Position numbers and translations under genes: made by a program. Below, piece after piece: positions 10,763 through 19,163 of a stretch of 50,463 nucleotides of DNA; position 1 is the stretch's first letter; each line of letters opens with the position of its first letter. The notes under the pieces are model-generated. The model made no database searches. It worked only from the letters and a program-made list of their open reading frames with translations, and was not told where the DNA came from. The stretch is from assembly GCA_964617145.1 (NCBI GenBank), contig CAZTVN010000001.1, positions 1-50,463 on the forward strand. The letters are read 5' to 3'. Source of the DNA: an uncultured Candidatus Peribacteria bacterium. Lineage in GTDB: Bacteria; Patescibacteriota; Gracilibacteria; UBA1369; JACRIC01.

Positions 10763-12256
10763 ATGGCGATTGTAATTTTTATTTTTTTCCCGGTAACCGC
10801 GCTCCTGCCTCTTTTTTTTAAACAGGTTAAGCAGGTACGTCTGATGGCTCTTGTCATGGGTATAGTCAGTTCGTTGATAACCTTTTTGTTCCTGATAAAA
10901 CCGCTATTCTCCAAGCAGGCTTTCATCCTTGGAAATGTACTCCGGATAGATCGCTTTTCGGCTTTTATGGGAATTTTGATCATTTTGCTTTATTTTTTCA
11001 CGGTTATCGTCAGTCATAGATATATTAAAGAAGAAAATCATGAAAAAATTCTCGATTTAAAACAAATCAGATTGTATTTTTTATTATTGCCTATTTTTGC
11101 TCTCGCGATGCTCACCGTGGTGATGGTTGATAATTTAGGTTTGCTCTGGTTGGCTTTGGAAATAACAACTTTAGCCACCACTCCTTTAGTAGCTCTTTAT
11201 AGAAAAGATGGCTCACTCGAGGCAGCATGGAAATATATTATTCTTTGTTCTTTGGGAATAAGCTTGGGTTTATTAGCTGTTTTATTTATCAGTTACGCTG
11301 GTATCAATAGCAATTTAAGTCCTTTTGATTCATTTTCTTTGAGAATGCTTACGATGAACGCTTTAAAGATGCCGCCAGCTATTATGCAATGGGCTTTTCT
11401 CTTTGCTTTTATTGGTCTTGGCACCAAAATTGGATTTTTTCCTATGCACACATGGCTTCCTGATGCTCATGGACGCACTCCGTCTCCCATTTCGGCTATG
11501 CTTTCTGGAATACTGCTCAATGTAGCTTTTTATTCTTTAATGAGAATCAAATTTATTACTGACATAGCGCTTCGTTCATCAGAGTGGACTAATAATCTCT
11601 TTTTGGCATTTGGTGTTATTTCTCTCGTAGCAAGTGCTTTTTTTCTCTATATTCAACATAATTATAAAAGAATGTTGGCCTATTCCAGCATGGAGCATAT
11701 GGGGATATTGGCAATAGCCGTGGGACTCGGACCACTTGGAATGGTTCCTGCATTGATGCATATGTTTGCCCATACATTGTCCAAATCATTACTTTTTTTT
11801 GGTTCAGGTGAAATCTTATTAGCCACTAAAACGGCTAAAATTCATAATGTAAAAAATTTGATTCATACTATTCCTGTTACCGGCACTCTTTTTATTTTGG
11901 GTATGTTTTCTCTTCTTGCTGTTCCACCTTTTGCTGCTTTTTCTAGTGAAATATTGATACTTGCTGCAATAGTTAACAAGGGGCATCTGGTTATTTTCTT
12001 TTTGATGTTATTGGCTCTGGCGCTTGTTTGTGTAAGTTTGTTTAGACATACTTTTAGGATGTTTTGTCTTCATCAAACTGATGATAATCATCAAGGGGAT
12101 GATTACCAAATTGAAAAAAAATTTACTGAAAAATTTAATTTGACCCATCTTGTCATGGTTGTAGAAATTGTGCTTTTGGCTATTTCTGGAATTTTCATGT
12201 TAACCCCAGAAGGTTTTAACTTTTTTTCAGGCATTGCTCAATCAATATTTTTATAA
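10763..12256 (+). CDS. HyfF/HyfD-like (NuoM/N family) antiporter-like membrane subunit
   Basis: 497-aa polytopic protein with ..GLGTKIGFFPMHTWLPDAHGRTPSPISAMLSGILLNVAFY.. and ..RMLAYSSMEHMG.. motifs. Confidence 0.85.
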   Translation: MAIVIFIFFPVTALLPLFFKQVKQVRLMALVMGIVSSLITFLFLIKPLFSKQAFILGNVLRIDRFSAFMGILIILLYFFTVIVSHRYIKEENHEKILDLKQIRLYFLLLPIFALAMLTVVMVDNLGLLWLALEITTLATTPLVALYRKDGSLEAAWKYIILCSLGISLGLLAVLFISYAGINSNLSPFDSFSLRMLTMNALKMPPAIMQWAFLFAFIGLGTKIGFFPMHTWLPDAHGRTPSPISAMLSGILLNVAFYSLMRIKFITDIALRSSEWTNNLFLAFGVISLVASAFFLYIQHNYKRMLAYSSMEHMGILAIAVGLGPLGMVPALMHMFAHTLSKSLLFFGSGEILLATKTAKIHNVKNLIHTIPVTGTLFILGMFSLLAVPPFAAFSSEILILAAIVNKGHLVIFFLMLLALALVCVSLFRHTFRMFCLHQTDDNHQGDDYQIEKKFTEKFNLTHLVMVVEIVLLAISGIFMLTPEGFNFFSGIAQSIFL

Positions 12257-12258
12257 TT

Positions 12259-13830
12259 ATGGAAACTAAAAGTCATCTCAGTATTGACGGTGTGTTTCAA
12301 GAACAGATGAGTCATAATCAAAAGAATTTGCGAATTTTTAAGACAGATTCTGAAAATTTTACCAGAGTTGTAGCTTCTCTCGTTTCTCAGAATTATCGAC
12401 TGGCTTGGTTGTTTGGGACCGATGATAGAGCAGAACATAAGACTTTTGGAGTCCATGCCGTACTCGCCATGGGAGGTAAAAATGAATGGTTGCAGATCTC
12501 AGCCGCTCTTTCCGAAGCAAATCCAGAGTATCCTGCGTTGACGAAAACTATTATGGCAGCTATTTGGTATGAAAAATACCTTATGGATATGTTTGGAATA
12601 GTGGCTAAAGGTCACCCTGATCCACGTCGTTTGGTTCATCATGAGAATGTTCCGCGTGACATTCATCCTTTAAGAAAAGATTTTGAATGGAATACTGTTA
12701 TGGAAAAAGATGATGTTCCTTATCCGATGCTCCATGTCGGAGGCAATGGTATTTATGAGATTCCAGTTGGGCCCATTCATGCCGGAATTATTGAGCCGGG
12801 ACATTTTCGTTTTAATGTTGCGGGCGAAAGGATTGTTAATCTTGAAGGTAAATTGTTTTTTACCCATAAGGGTGTGGAGAAATTATTGGAAGGGAAATCT
12901 GTTTTTGCCGCATTGCCCTATGTCGAGAGAATTTCTGATGATTCTGCGGCTTCACATGTTTTGACTTTTGTACAGACTTTGGAATTGATCGCGGGTGTAC
13001 ATATTTCAGAAAGGGCTAGTCTTTTAAGGACATTGATTGCTGAACTAGAGAGATTAACCATGCACATTCATGATATTTCAAATATTGCCGGAATGGGAAC
13101 AGGCTATACTATTATGGCTGCCCATGGCTTTCGGATCAAAGAAAATTTGGTAAGACTTTCTGAAAAAATTTTTGGAAATCGTTTTTGGAGAGGGTTTATT
13201 ATTCCAGGAGGAGTGGTTCGTGATTTGTCTGAAGCCGAGCTCGATTTGATCTCTCAAACAGTTCAGGAGATTATGGCTGACATGCATGGGCTACTTAATA
13301 TTGGTCTTAAATCAGACGGTCTTTTGGAAAGAATGATAACTGCCGGTGTTCTTACTTTGGATGCAGCCAAAGCTTATGGTGCTGTTGGAATTGCCGTTCG
13401 CGCCATTGATCAAAAAATGGACACCAGGATAGATCATCCTTATGTTTCTTATGATAGATTGAAATTTCAGGTAGTGACCAAAACAGGTGGTGATGTTTTT
13501 GCCAGATTTATGGTTCGCGTCGGTGAATTGGATGTTTCTTCTCAAATGATCGAAGAACTTTGCACATTGCTTCGTACTGTGAAGGGCGAAACGAAGGTTG
13601 TTTTGGTTTTGCATTCAGGAGAAGCTTTGTCGGCGGTGGAGGGTTTTCGAGGTGAAATCCTTCACTTTGTACGCCTCAATGATAAAGGATTCATTGAACG
13701 CATGGCAGTTCGCGATCCATCATTTTGTAACTGGCCACTCTTTGGAGAAATTGGACCAGGCAATATCGTGCCAGATTTTCCACTCTGTAATAAATCGCTC
13801 AATTTAAGTTATTCAGGGAATGACTTATGA
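12259..13830 (+). CDS. HycE/HyfG-like large subunit (NuoC-NuoD fusion) lacking the [NiFe] cysteines
   Basis: 523 aa. NuoC-like N-terminus (..YEKYLMDMFGIVAKGHPDPRRL..) then GPIHAGIIEPGHFRF. The L1 motif reads ERISDDSAASH where group-4 hydrogenases have ER-x-CG-x-C-xxx-H. The C-terminus reads SLNLSYSGNDL where they have S-x-DPC-x-SC-x-DR. Confidence 0.85.
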   Translation: METKSHLSIDGVFQEQMSHNQKNLRIFKTDSENFTRVVASLVSQNYRLAWLFGTDDRAEHKTFGVHAVLAMGGKNEWLQISAALSEANPEYPALTKTIMAAIWYEKYLMDMFGIVAKGHPDPRRLVHHENVPRDIHPLRKDFEWNTVMEKDDVPYPMLHVGGNGIYEIPVGPIHAGIIEPGHFRFNVAGERIVNLEGKLFFTHKGVEKLLEGKSVFAALPYVERISDDSAASHVLTFVQTLELIAGVHISERASLLRTLIAELERLTMHIHDISNIAGMGTGYTIMAAHGFRIKENLVRLSEKIFGNRFWRGFIIPGGVVRDLSEAELDLISQTVQEIMADMHGLLNIGLKSDGLLERMITAGVLTLDAAKAYGAVGIAVRAIDQKMDTRIDHPYVSYDRLKFQVVTKTGGDVFARFMVRVGELDVSSQMIEELCTLLRTVKGETKVVLVLHSGEALSAVEGFRGEILHFVRLNDKGFIERMAVRDPSFCNWPLFGEIGPGNIVPDFPLCNKSLNLSYSGNDL

Positions 13831-13869
13831 GCTTTCTTAAGAGGATCTGAACAATTATGCTGAAGTGTC

Positions 13870-15969
13870 TTAAGAAAAATCAATGGTGAAATTTTTTGGA
13901 AAAATTTTTAGAACTTTTGGCAATTTCTCAAAACGCGAGTCTAGAATATATATTTTCTTATTTTCGCTATTTTCTTGAGTAAAGTCATATATGATCCTTT
14001 TTAATCGAAGTACTACCAGTGGAATCGAAAAATCTTCAAAAATGTTTTTGAAGATTTTTGTTTTTTCTTGTATGAGATGATCGCTTAAAATTTCGAACGG
14101 TAAGCGATGTATGATGAGAGTTTGAATAATGTTTTCGCTTTTTCCATCTCTCAATATTTCTCCCAGGAAGTATTGATTCCCTATTATGAGAGATTTTTGG
14201 GGTTCTTTTAAGAAAAGTGAAATAATTTTTCCTGTACCACCAGAAATTTTTTGACTTAATATCGTTTTCCCTTGTATGCGTTCGATGAGCTCTTTATGAA
14301 GGACATCTGTGGTGTTTTGAGAAGTTGTTAAAAGAAAATGAGAGCCGTTGTGTTTTTCGATAATTTGTTTCAAGATGTCCAGAGTTTCATTAAAATTTCC
14401 CGGAGCAAAAGGAGGTTTGAGATTTTTTGCTATTATTATTTGTGGCGTTTGTGGTTTTTGTTGTTTTTGTGGCCTTTGTGTCGAGATTTTTTCTTCTGAT
14501 TTTATTTGAAGCGTTTTTATGTCGTCGTTTAAGTTTAAAAGTTTTTGAAAAAAATCAAATTTGTCCTCTATGGTGAGGTTTTCGGAAATAAAAATAACAT
14601 TTTTGAAAGCTTTTAGGGCTTCTTTCAGATTGTTTTCTGGATTTTTAGGTGTGGTGTAGAGTCTAGTTTCATCGTTTTTTTCAAATGTCCAACTTACGGT
14701 GTTTTCGTCTTCTTTTTGAATTTTTTCATCATGATTTATTTTTTTTGAGGTAGTGAGTATTTTTCGAAGCTGGTCGTAAAAGACATCTCCTTTATCGATA
14801 ATGAGGATTTTATCTGAAAAAAGGTCTAATTTTTTGAAAATAAGCGAATACGGTATAACTATGCAATTTTCTTTTAAGGCTCGTGAAAGGGCTTTTTTAT
14901 AAAAACAAATATCTTCTGTACAATTTAGGCAGTCGGATTCGTTGCCGCAGAGGGTATTCCAAACCTCATACTCTTTTCCTGAAGGTTCGATTTCTTCTTG
15001 AGAACCTTCCTTTAATGTTTTTTCTTTGAGCAAAATTTTTATAAGCAGAGTAATTTCCTGTTGTTCGAAATATTCTTTCTCTTTTAATTTTTTGAGTTTT
15101 TGCAGGCAAAGATAGTAATCGGCGTTAAAAAGCGTTATGAAATTTTCGGTTAAAAGCGAGGAAGATTGAGATACCGCGATAATAATTTTTTCTTTTTTAA
15201 GATTTTGAATAAGATTTTTGAGATCGTATTTTGGTATTTCGATCAAGCTTACAGTTTTTTGTTTGATATTTTCCTTGATGAATATTTCTCCTTCATAAGG
15301 AAACAGTGTAGTTTCCTGTTTTTCTTTTTTTACTTTTTCTTTGGCGGAGGTGTCCAATTTTTGTGATGCAACGACGTTTTTTAGCATGTTCTTAGATTTT
15401 TTGCAAAAAAGATTTTGTAATGGCCATGTGCTTTTTTTGCTGAGTGTTATTATATTTTCACGTATTTCTTCGGGGATTTCTTCAATTTTTCCCAAGAGAT
15501 AGTCAAAGAGTTTTTTTGACGCGAGTGCATCAAAAAGCGCACGATGTTTTGTTTCATGATCGATTTCAAGGATTTCCGTGAGAATTTCTAAACTGTATGA
15601 AGTTTGATTTGGAAGAAGGATTTTTGCCAGATCCAAAGTGCAGTATTCTTTATTCGTGATTGGGATATTTTTTGCACGGAGAAAATTTGTATCGAAGGAA
15701 ATATTGTGTCCGATAATCGGTATATCTTCAATAAAAGATAAAAATTCGTTTTTTATTTCATCGAGTAGGGGCGCGTTTTTGAGGTCTTCATTCGTTATCC
15801 CTGTTATTTGACTTATGTTTATCGGTATTCCTTTTTCGATTCGGATGAGAGAAGAAAAGGTTTGATGTATTTTTTTATGATCAAATTTGACCGCAGCGAT
15901 TTCTATCGGTTCGTCTTTTTTCGGATCAAAACCTGTTGTTTCAATATCGAGACTTATGAATAGGCACAT
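13870..15969 (-). CDS. DnaQ-type 3'-5' exonuclease fused to a DinG/XPD-like helicase scaffold with degenerate ATPase motifs
   Basis: 699 aa. Exo motifs ISLDIETTGFDP, IIGHNISFDTNFL and HRALFDALA. Cys cluster C341/C347/C350/C355. C-terminal part (..HFLLTTSQ.., ..LIIGNQYFLGE.., ..IIHRLPFE) resembles DinG helicase domain 2. No GxGK(T/S) or DEAH box at the expected places. Confidence 0.7.
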   Translation of the reverse strand: MCLFISLDIETTGFDPKKDEPIEIAAVKFDHKKIHQTFSSLIRIEKGIPINISQITGITNEDLKNAPLLDEIKNEFLSFIEDIPIIGHNISFDTNFLRAKNIPITNKEYCTLDLAKILLPNQTSYSLEILTEILEIDHETKHRALFDALASKKLFDYLLGKIEEIPEEIRENIITLSKKSTWPLQNLFCKKSKNMLKNVVASQKLDTSAKEKVKKEKQETTLFPYEGEIFIKENIKQKTVSLIEIPKYDLKNLIQNLKKEKIIIAVSQSSSLLTENFITLFNADYYLCLQKLKKLKEKEYFEQQEITLLIKILLKEKTLKEGSQEEIEPSGKEYEVWNTLCGNESDCLNCTEDICFYKKALSRALKENCIVIPYSLIFKKLDLFSDKILIIDKGDVFYDQLRKILTTSKKINHDEKIQKEDENTVSWTFEKNDETRLYTTPKNPENNLKEALKAFKNVIFISENLTIEDKFDFFQKLLNLNDDIKTLQIKSEEKISTQRPQKQQKPQTPQIIIAKNLKPPFAPGNFNETLDILKQIIEKHNGSHFLLTTSQNTTDVLHKELIERIQGKTILSQKISGGTGKIISLFLKEPQKSLIIGNQYFLGEILRDGKSENIIQTLIIHRLPFEILSDHLIQEKTKIFKNIFEDFSIPLVVLRLKRIIYDFTQENSENKKIYILDSRFEKLPKVLKIFPKNFTIDFS

Positions 15970-15994
15970 TGTTTTGGCGTGTTTTCAAAGGGTT

Positions 15995-17077
15995 TTAGAT
16001 GATTTCTACAAATTTATCGAAAATAAAGTTTGTATCTATGGGGCCAGGCGTTGATTCGGGATGAAATTGAACTGCCATGAAAGGCAGGGAAGCGTGTTTA
16101 ATTCCTTCTACTGTCTGATCATTGGCGTTTTCAAACCATACTTTCCAATCTTTTAGCAGTGTTTTTTTATCGATCGCAAAGCCGTGATTTTGTGAGGTTA
16201 TATAGCAACGACCAGTTTCAAGATCGGTTACTGGTTGATTTTGTGAACGATGGCCGTATTTGAGTTTATAGGTTTTTGCGCCTGAGGCTATGCCTAAAAC
16301 TTGAGCGCCAAGACAAATCCCGAGGGTTGGAATTTTATGCTCCATTGATTTTTTTACGAGTGCATGTGTTTCCTTGATAACACATGGATCTCCCGGGCCG
16401 TTCGTAATGAATACCGCATCGAACTTGAGTTTGTTTTTGAAAAAGTCGTAATTCCAAGGAACTCGATGTACGGTAATGTTTCTTTTTAGAAAATTTCTTA
16501 GAATATTGTTTTTCATTCCACAATCGATGATAATGATGGATTTTTGACCTCTTTTATAGGTGATTGGTTTTTTAATACTTACTTTGGATACGATGTTTTC
16601 TTTATTAGGATCATAAAAGTTGATGGTTACCGGATCGATATTTTCTGGAATAATTTTCCCAAGCATAGTTCCTTTTTCTCGCAGTTTTTGAGTTAAGGCG
16701 CGGGTATCGATTCCTGTGATTGCTGGAATATTGTTTTCTTTCAGCCAGTCGTTGAGACTTTTTTTTGCATACCAATGGCTATAATTTCCCGAATATTCCG
16801 AAACAATTAATCCTTTTATTTGTATTTTTTCACTTTCAAAATTTTTGTTAATTTTGTCTTTTTCATGCGTATTTTCAGGAACCCCATAATTACCAATGAG
16901 CGGATAAGTGAGGACAAGAATTTGTCCAAAATATGAGGAATCTGTTAAGGTTTCAGGATAGCCTACCATCCCTGTATTAAAGACTACTTCTCCACTTTCA
17001 GGAATTTTGGCCCCAAATGAAATTCCTTCAAAGATGGATCCGTCTTCCAGAATGAGTTTTGCTTGTTTTTTATCCAT
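15995..17077 (-). CDS. carA: carbamoyl-phosphate synthase small (glutaminase) subunit
   Basis: 360 aa. N-terminal CPSase-small domain (..VFNTGMVGYPETLTDSSYFGQILV..) and class-I amidotransferase triad context (LGICLGAQVL, VQFHPES). Confidence 0.93.
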   Translation of the reverse strand: MDKKQAKLILEDGSIFEGISFGAKIPESGEVVFNTGMVGYPETLTDSSYFGQILVLTYPLIGNYGVPENTHEKDKINKNFESEKIQIKGLIVSEYSGNYSHWYAKKSLNDWLKENNIPAITGIDTRALTQKLREKGTMLGKIIPENIDPVTINFYDPNKENIVSKVSIKKPITYKRGQKSIIIIDCGMKNNILRNFLKRNITVHRVPWNYDFFKNKLKFDAVFITNGPGDPCVIKETHALVKKSMEHKIPTLGICLGAQVLGIASGAKTYKLKYGHRSQNQPVTDLETGRCYITSQNHGFAIDKKTLLKDWKVWFENANDQTVEGIKHASLPFMAVQFHPESTPGPIDTNFIFDKFVEII

Positions 17078-17180
17078 AATAACGAATGATGTTCTTTATA
17101 ATTTTTCCGTCCTTATTATAGAGGATAATTTATCCTTTTCCATACGTGCTTTCCTTTCTCCTACAATGAATGATGATTTT

Positions 17181-17189
17181 TGATATAAT
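17181..17189 (+). promoter_or_regulatory. candidate extended -10 promoter for the TerC/DUF475 gene
   Basis: TGATATAAT (TG-n-TATAAT) 31 nt upstream of the ATG at 17220. The -35 region is poor (CTACAA). Confidence 0.4.
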
Positions 17190-17219
17190 CATTTTGGCAT
17201 ATCCGCAAATTTTTATTTT

Positions 17220-18143
17220 ATGTCTTTTTTCCTTCCTCTTATCCTCACCGTGACAGGATTAACGCTCTTTGAGATTATTAGCAGTGTGGATAATGCCATT
17301 ATTAATGCCGAGGTGCTTTCTACTATGCAGGAAAAGGCTCGAAAATGGTTTCTTTTTTGGGGGCTTCTTTTTGCCGTTTTTATTATTCGTGGCCTTTTGC
17401 CTTGGCTTATTGTCTGGGCGACTGTTCCTTCTCTTGGGCCACTTGAGGCTCTAACTGCAACTTTTAGCAGTGATCCAAGAATTCATGAATCTATAGAATC
17501 ATCCGCTCCTATTCTTCTTATTGGCGGTGGCACTTTTCTTCTTTTTCTTTTTTTTCATTGGCTTTTTTTGGAGCCCAAAAATTTTGGCCTTATAGGTGAA
17601 AGATTTTTTTATTCACAAGGTGTTTGGTTTTTTGCCGTTATTTCTCTGCTTTTAGCTATTATTGTATGGTATGCTATTCATCGTAATCCTTTGATGGCTT
17701 TTGGAGCGATAGTTGGTTCTACGGCTTTTTTTATTACCCATGGATTTAAACAAAATGCTGAACTTAAGGAGGCGCAGCTTTTGAAAAAAGGACTTTCCGA
17801 TGTGAGTAAAATTTTTTATCTAGAGATTATCGATATGACCTTTTCTATTGATGGAGTTTTGGGAGCCTTTGCTTTTACTCTTTCAGTACCACTTATCCTT
17901 TTCGGTAATGGTGTTGGCGCTTTTGTTGTTCGACAGCTTACCATGAGCAATATTGAACGTATTAAACAATATATTTACATTAAAAATGGTGCGATGTATT
18001 CCATCCTTTTTCTTGGACTTATTATGATTTTAGACAGTTTTGGTTTTTATATTCCCAGTTTCGTTTCGCCAGTTACCACTTTTGGTGTTGTGGGGTATTT
18101 TTTTATAAAATCTCGGCGAGAGCGTAAAGGAAGAATGGTTTGA
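17220..18143 (+). CDS. TerC/DUF475-family integral membrane protein
   Basis: 307-aa polytopic protein. Duplicated motif FEIISSVDNAIINAEVL and LEIIDMTFSIDGVLGAFAFT, as in TerC/DUF475-type transporters. Confidence 0.6.
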   Translation: MSFFLPLILTVTGLTLFEIISSVDNAIINAEVLSTMQEKARKWFLFWGLLFAVFIIRGLLPWLIVWATVPSLGPLEALTATFSSDPRIHESIESSAPILLIGGGTFLLFLFFHWLFLEPKNFGLIGERFFYSQGVWFFAVISLLLAIIVWYAIHRNPLMAFGAIVGSTAFFITHGFKQNAELKEAQLLKKGLSDVSKIFYLEIIDMTFSIDGVLGAFAFTLSVPLILFGNGVGAFVVRQLTMSNIERIKQYIYIKNGAMYSILFLGLIMILDSFGFYIPSFVSPVTTFGVVGYFFIKSRRERKGRMV

Positions 18144-18185
18144 AAAATAAATAAAAACCTTCTAAACTACATTAAACGGCTGATA

Positions 18186-19124
18186 TTGAATACATTTATG
18201 GAGTATACTAACGCCAATATTCTTTCCTCAAAGCAGTTTGATTCAAGGAGTCTCGAACAGCTTTTTAAAGTTGCCAAAGAGTTAGAGCCTATTGCTCAAA
18301 AGAAACTTCCTTCTGATCTCCTTCGAGGGAAGGTTCTTGCTAGTGTTTTTCTTGAACCTTCAACTCGTACTCGTTTTTCGTTTGAAACGGCTATGAATCG
18401 TCTCGGAGGGCGTGTCGTAACCATAGCCGATCTTCATCAATCTTCTTTAACCAAAGGGGAAACGCTTCAAGACATGGCTCATACTATTTCTTTTTTTAGC
18501 GATGTTACTGTTATGAGGCATCCACAGGCTTTCTCTGTTTCTGTTTTTTCTGAAGGTTCTTTAGTTCCTGTCATTAACGCAGGAGATGGTTCAAATGAGC
18601 ATCCTACTCAAGCTATTGCGGATATTTATACGCTTCATAAAGAGAAGGGTTCTATTGATGGGTTGACGATTGCTTTTCTTGGAGATTTGAAATATTCGAG
18701 GGTGGTTCATTCTCTTTCGAGTCTTCTTTGCCATTTTAGTGTGAAATTTATTTTTGTTTCACCTCAGGCACTTCGTATGCCTGAAAGTGAACGACAGTTT
18801 CTTCATGAAAAAGGTGTTTATTTTGAGGAGACGGAAAATTTAGAGGATGCTATTAAAAAATCTGAGGCTATTTATGTCACACGTATTCAGCGTGAACGTT
18901 TTGAAAATCAAGATGAATATGAAAGACTTTATGGCGTTTATATTATTAGTAAATCTTTGATTGAACGTTGTAACAGTGATGTTCTTATCATGTCTCCTCT
19001 TCCTCGATGTGGCGAAATTACTCAAGATACGGATCAACTTGATGGCGCTTGTTATTTTCGGCAGGTTTCCAATGGTGTTTCTGTACGAATGGCGCTTTTA
19101 AGTTTGGTTTTGGGAAAGATTTAA
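18186..19124 (+). CDS. pyrB: aspartate carbamoyltransferase catalytic subunit
   Basis: 312 aa with EPSTRTRFSFE, HPTQAIAD and SPLPR motifs. The track start is TTG 18186; the in-frame ATG at 18198 is an alternative start. Confidence 0.93.
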   Translation: MNTFMEYTNANILSSKQFDSRSLEQLFKVAKELEPIAQKKLPSDLLRGKVLASVFLEPSTRTRFSFETAMNRLGGRVVTIADLHQSSLTKGETLQDMAHTISFFSDVTVMRHPQAFSVSVFSEGSLVPVINAGDGSNEHPTQAIADIYTLHKEKGSIDGLTIAFLGDLKYSRVVHSLSSLLCHFSVKFIFVSPQALRMPESERQFLHEKGVYFEETENLEDAIKKSEAIYVTRIQRERFENQDEYERLYGVYIISKSLIERCNSDVLIMSPLPRCGEITQDTDQLDGACYFRQVSNGVSVRMALLSLVLGKI

Positions 19125-19163
19125 AAATATGCCTTCTGGCTGTTTTTTTCATGTAAGTCGCTC

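Noticed and set aside
13834-13876. Inverted repeat TTCTTAAGA...TCTTAAGAA between the convergent large-subunit and exonuclease-DinG genes, considered as a bidirectional terminator
   Set aside because: It has only 9 AT-rich base pairs with a 25-nt loop, and the 3' arm lies inside the stop region of the minus-strand gene. It is too weak to call.
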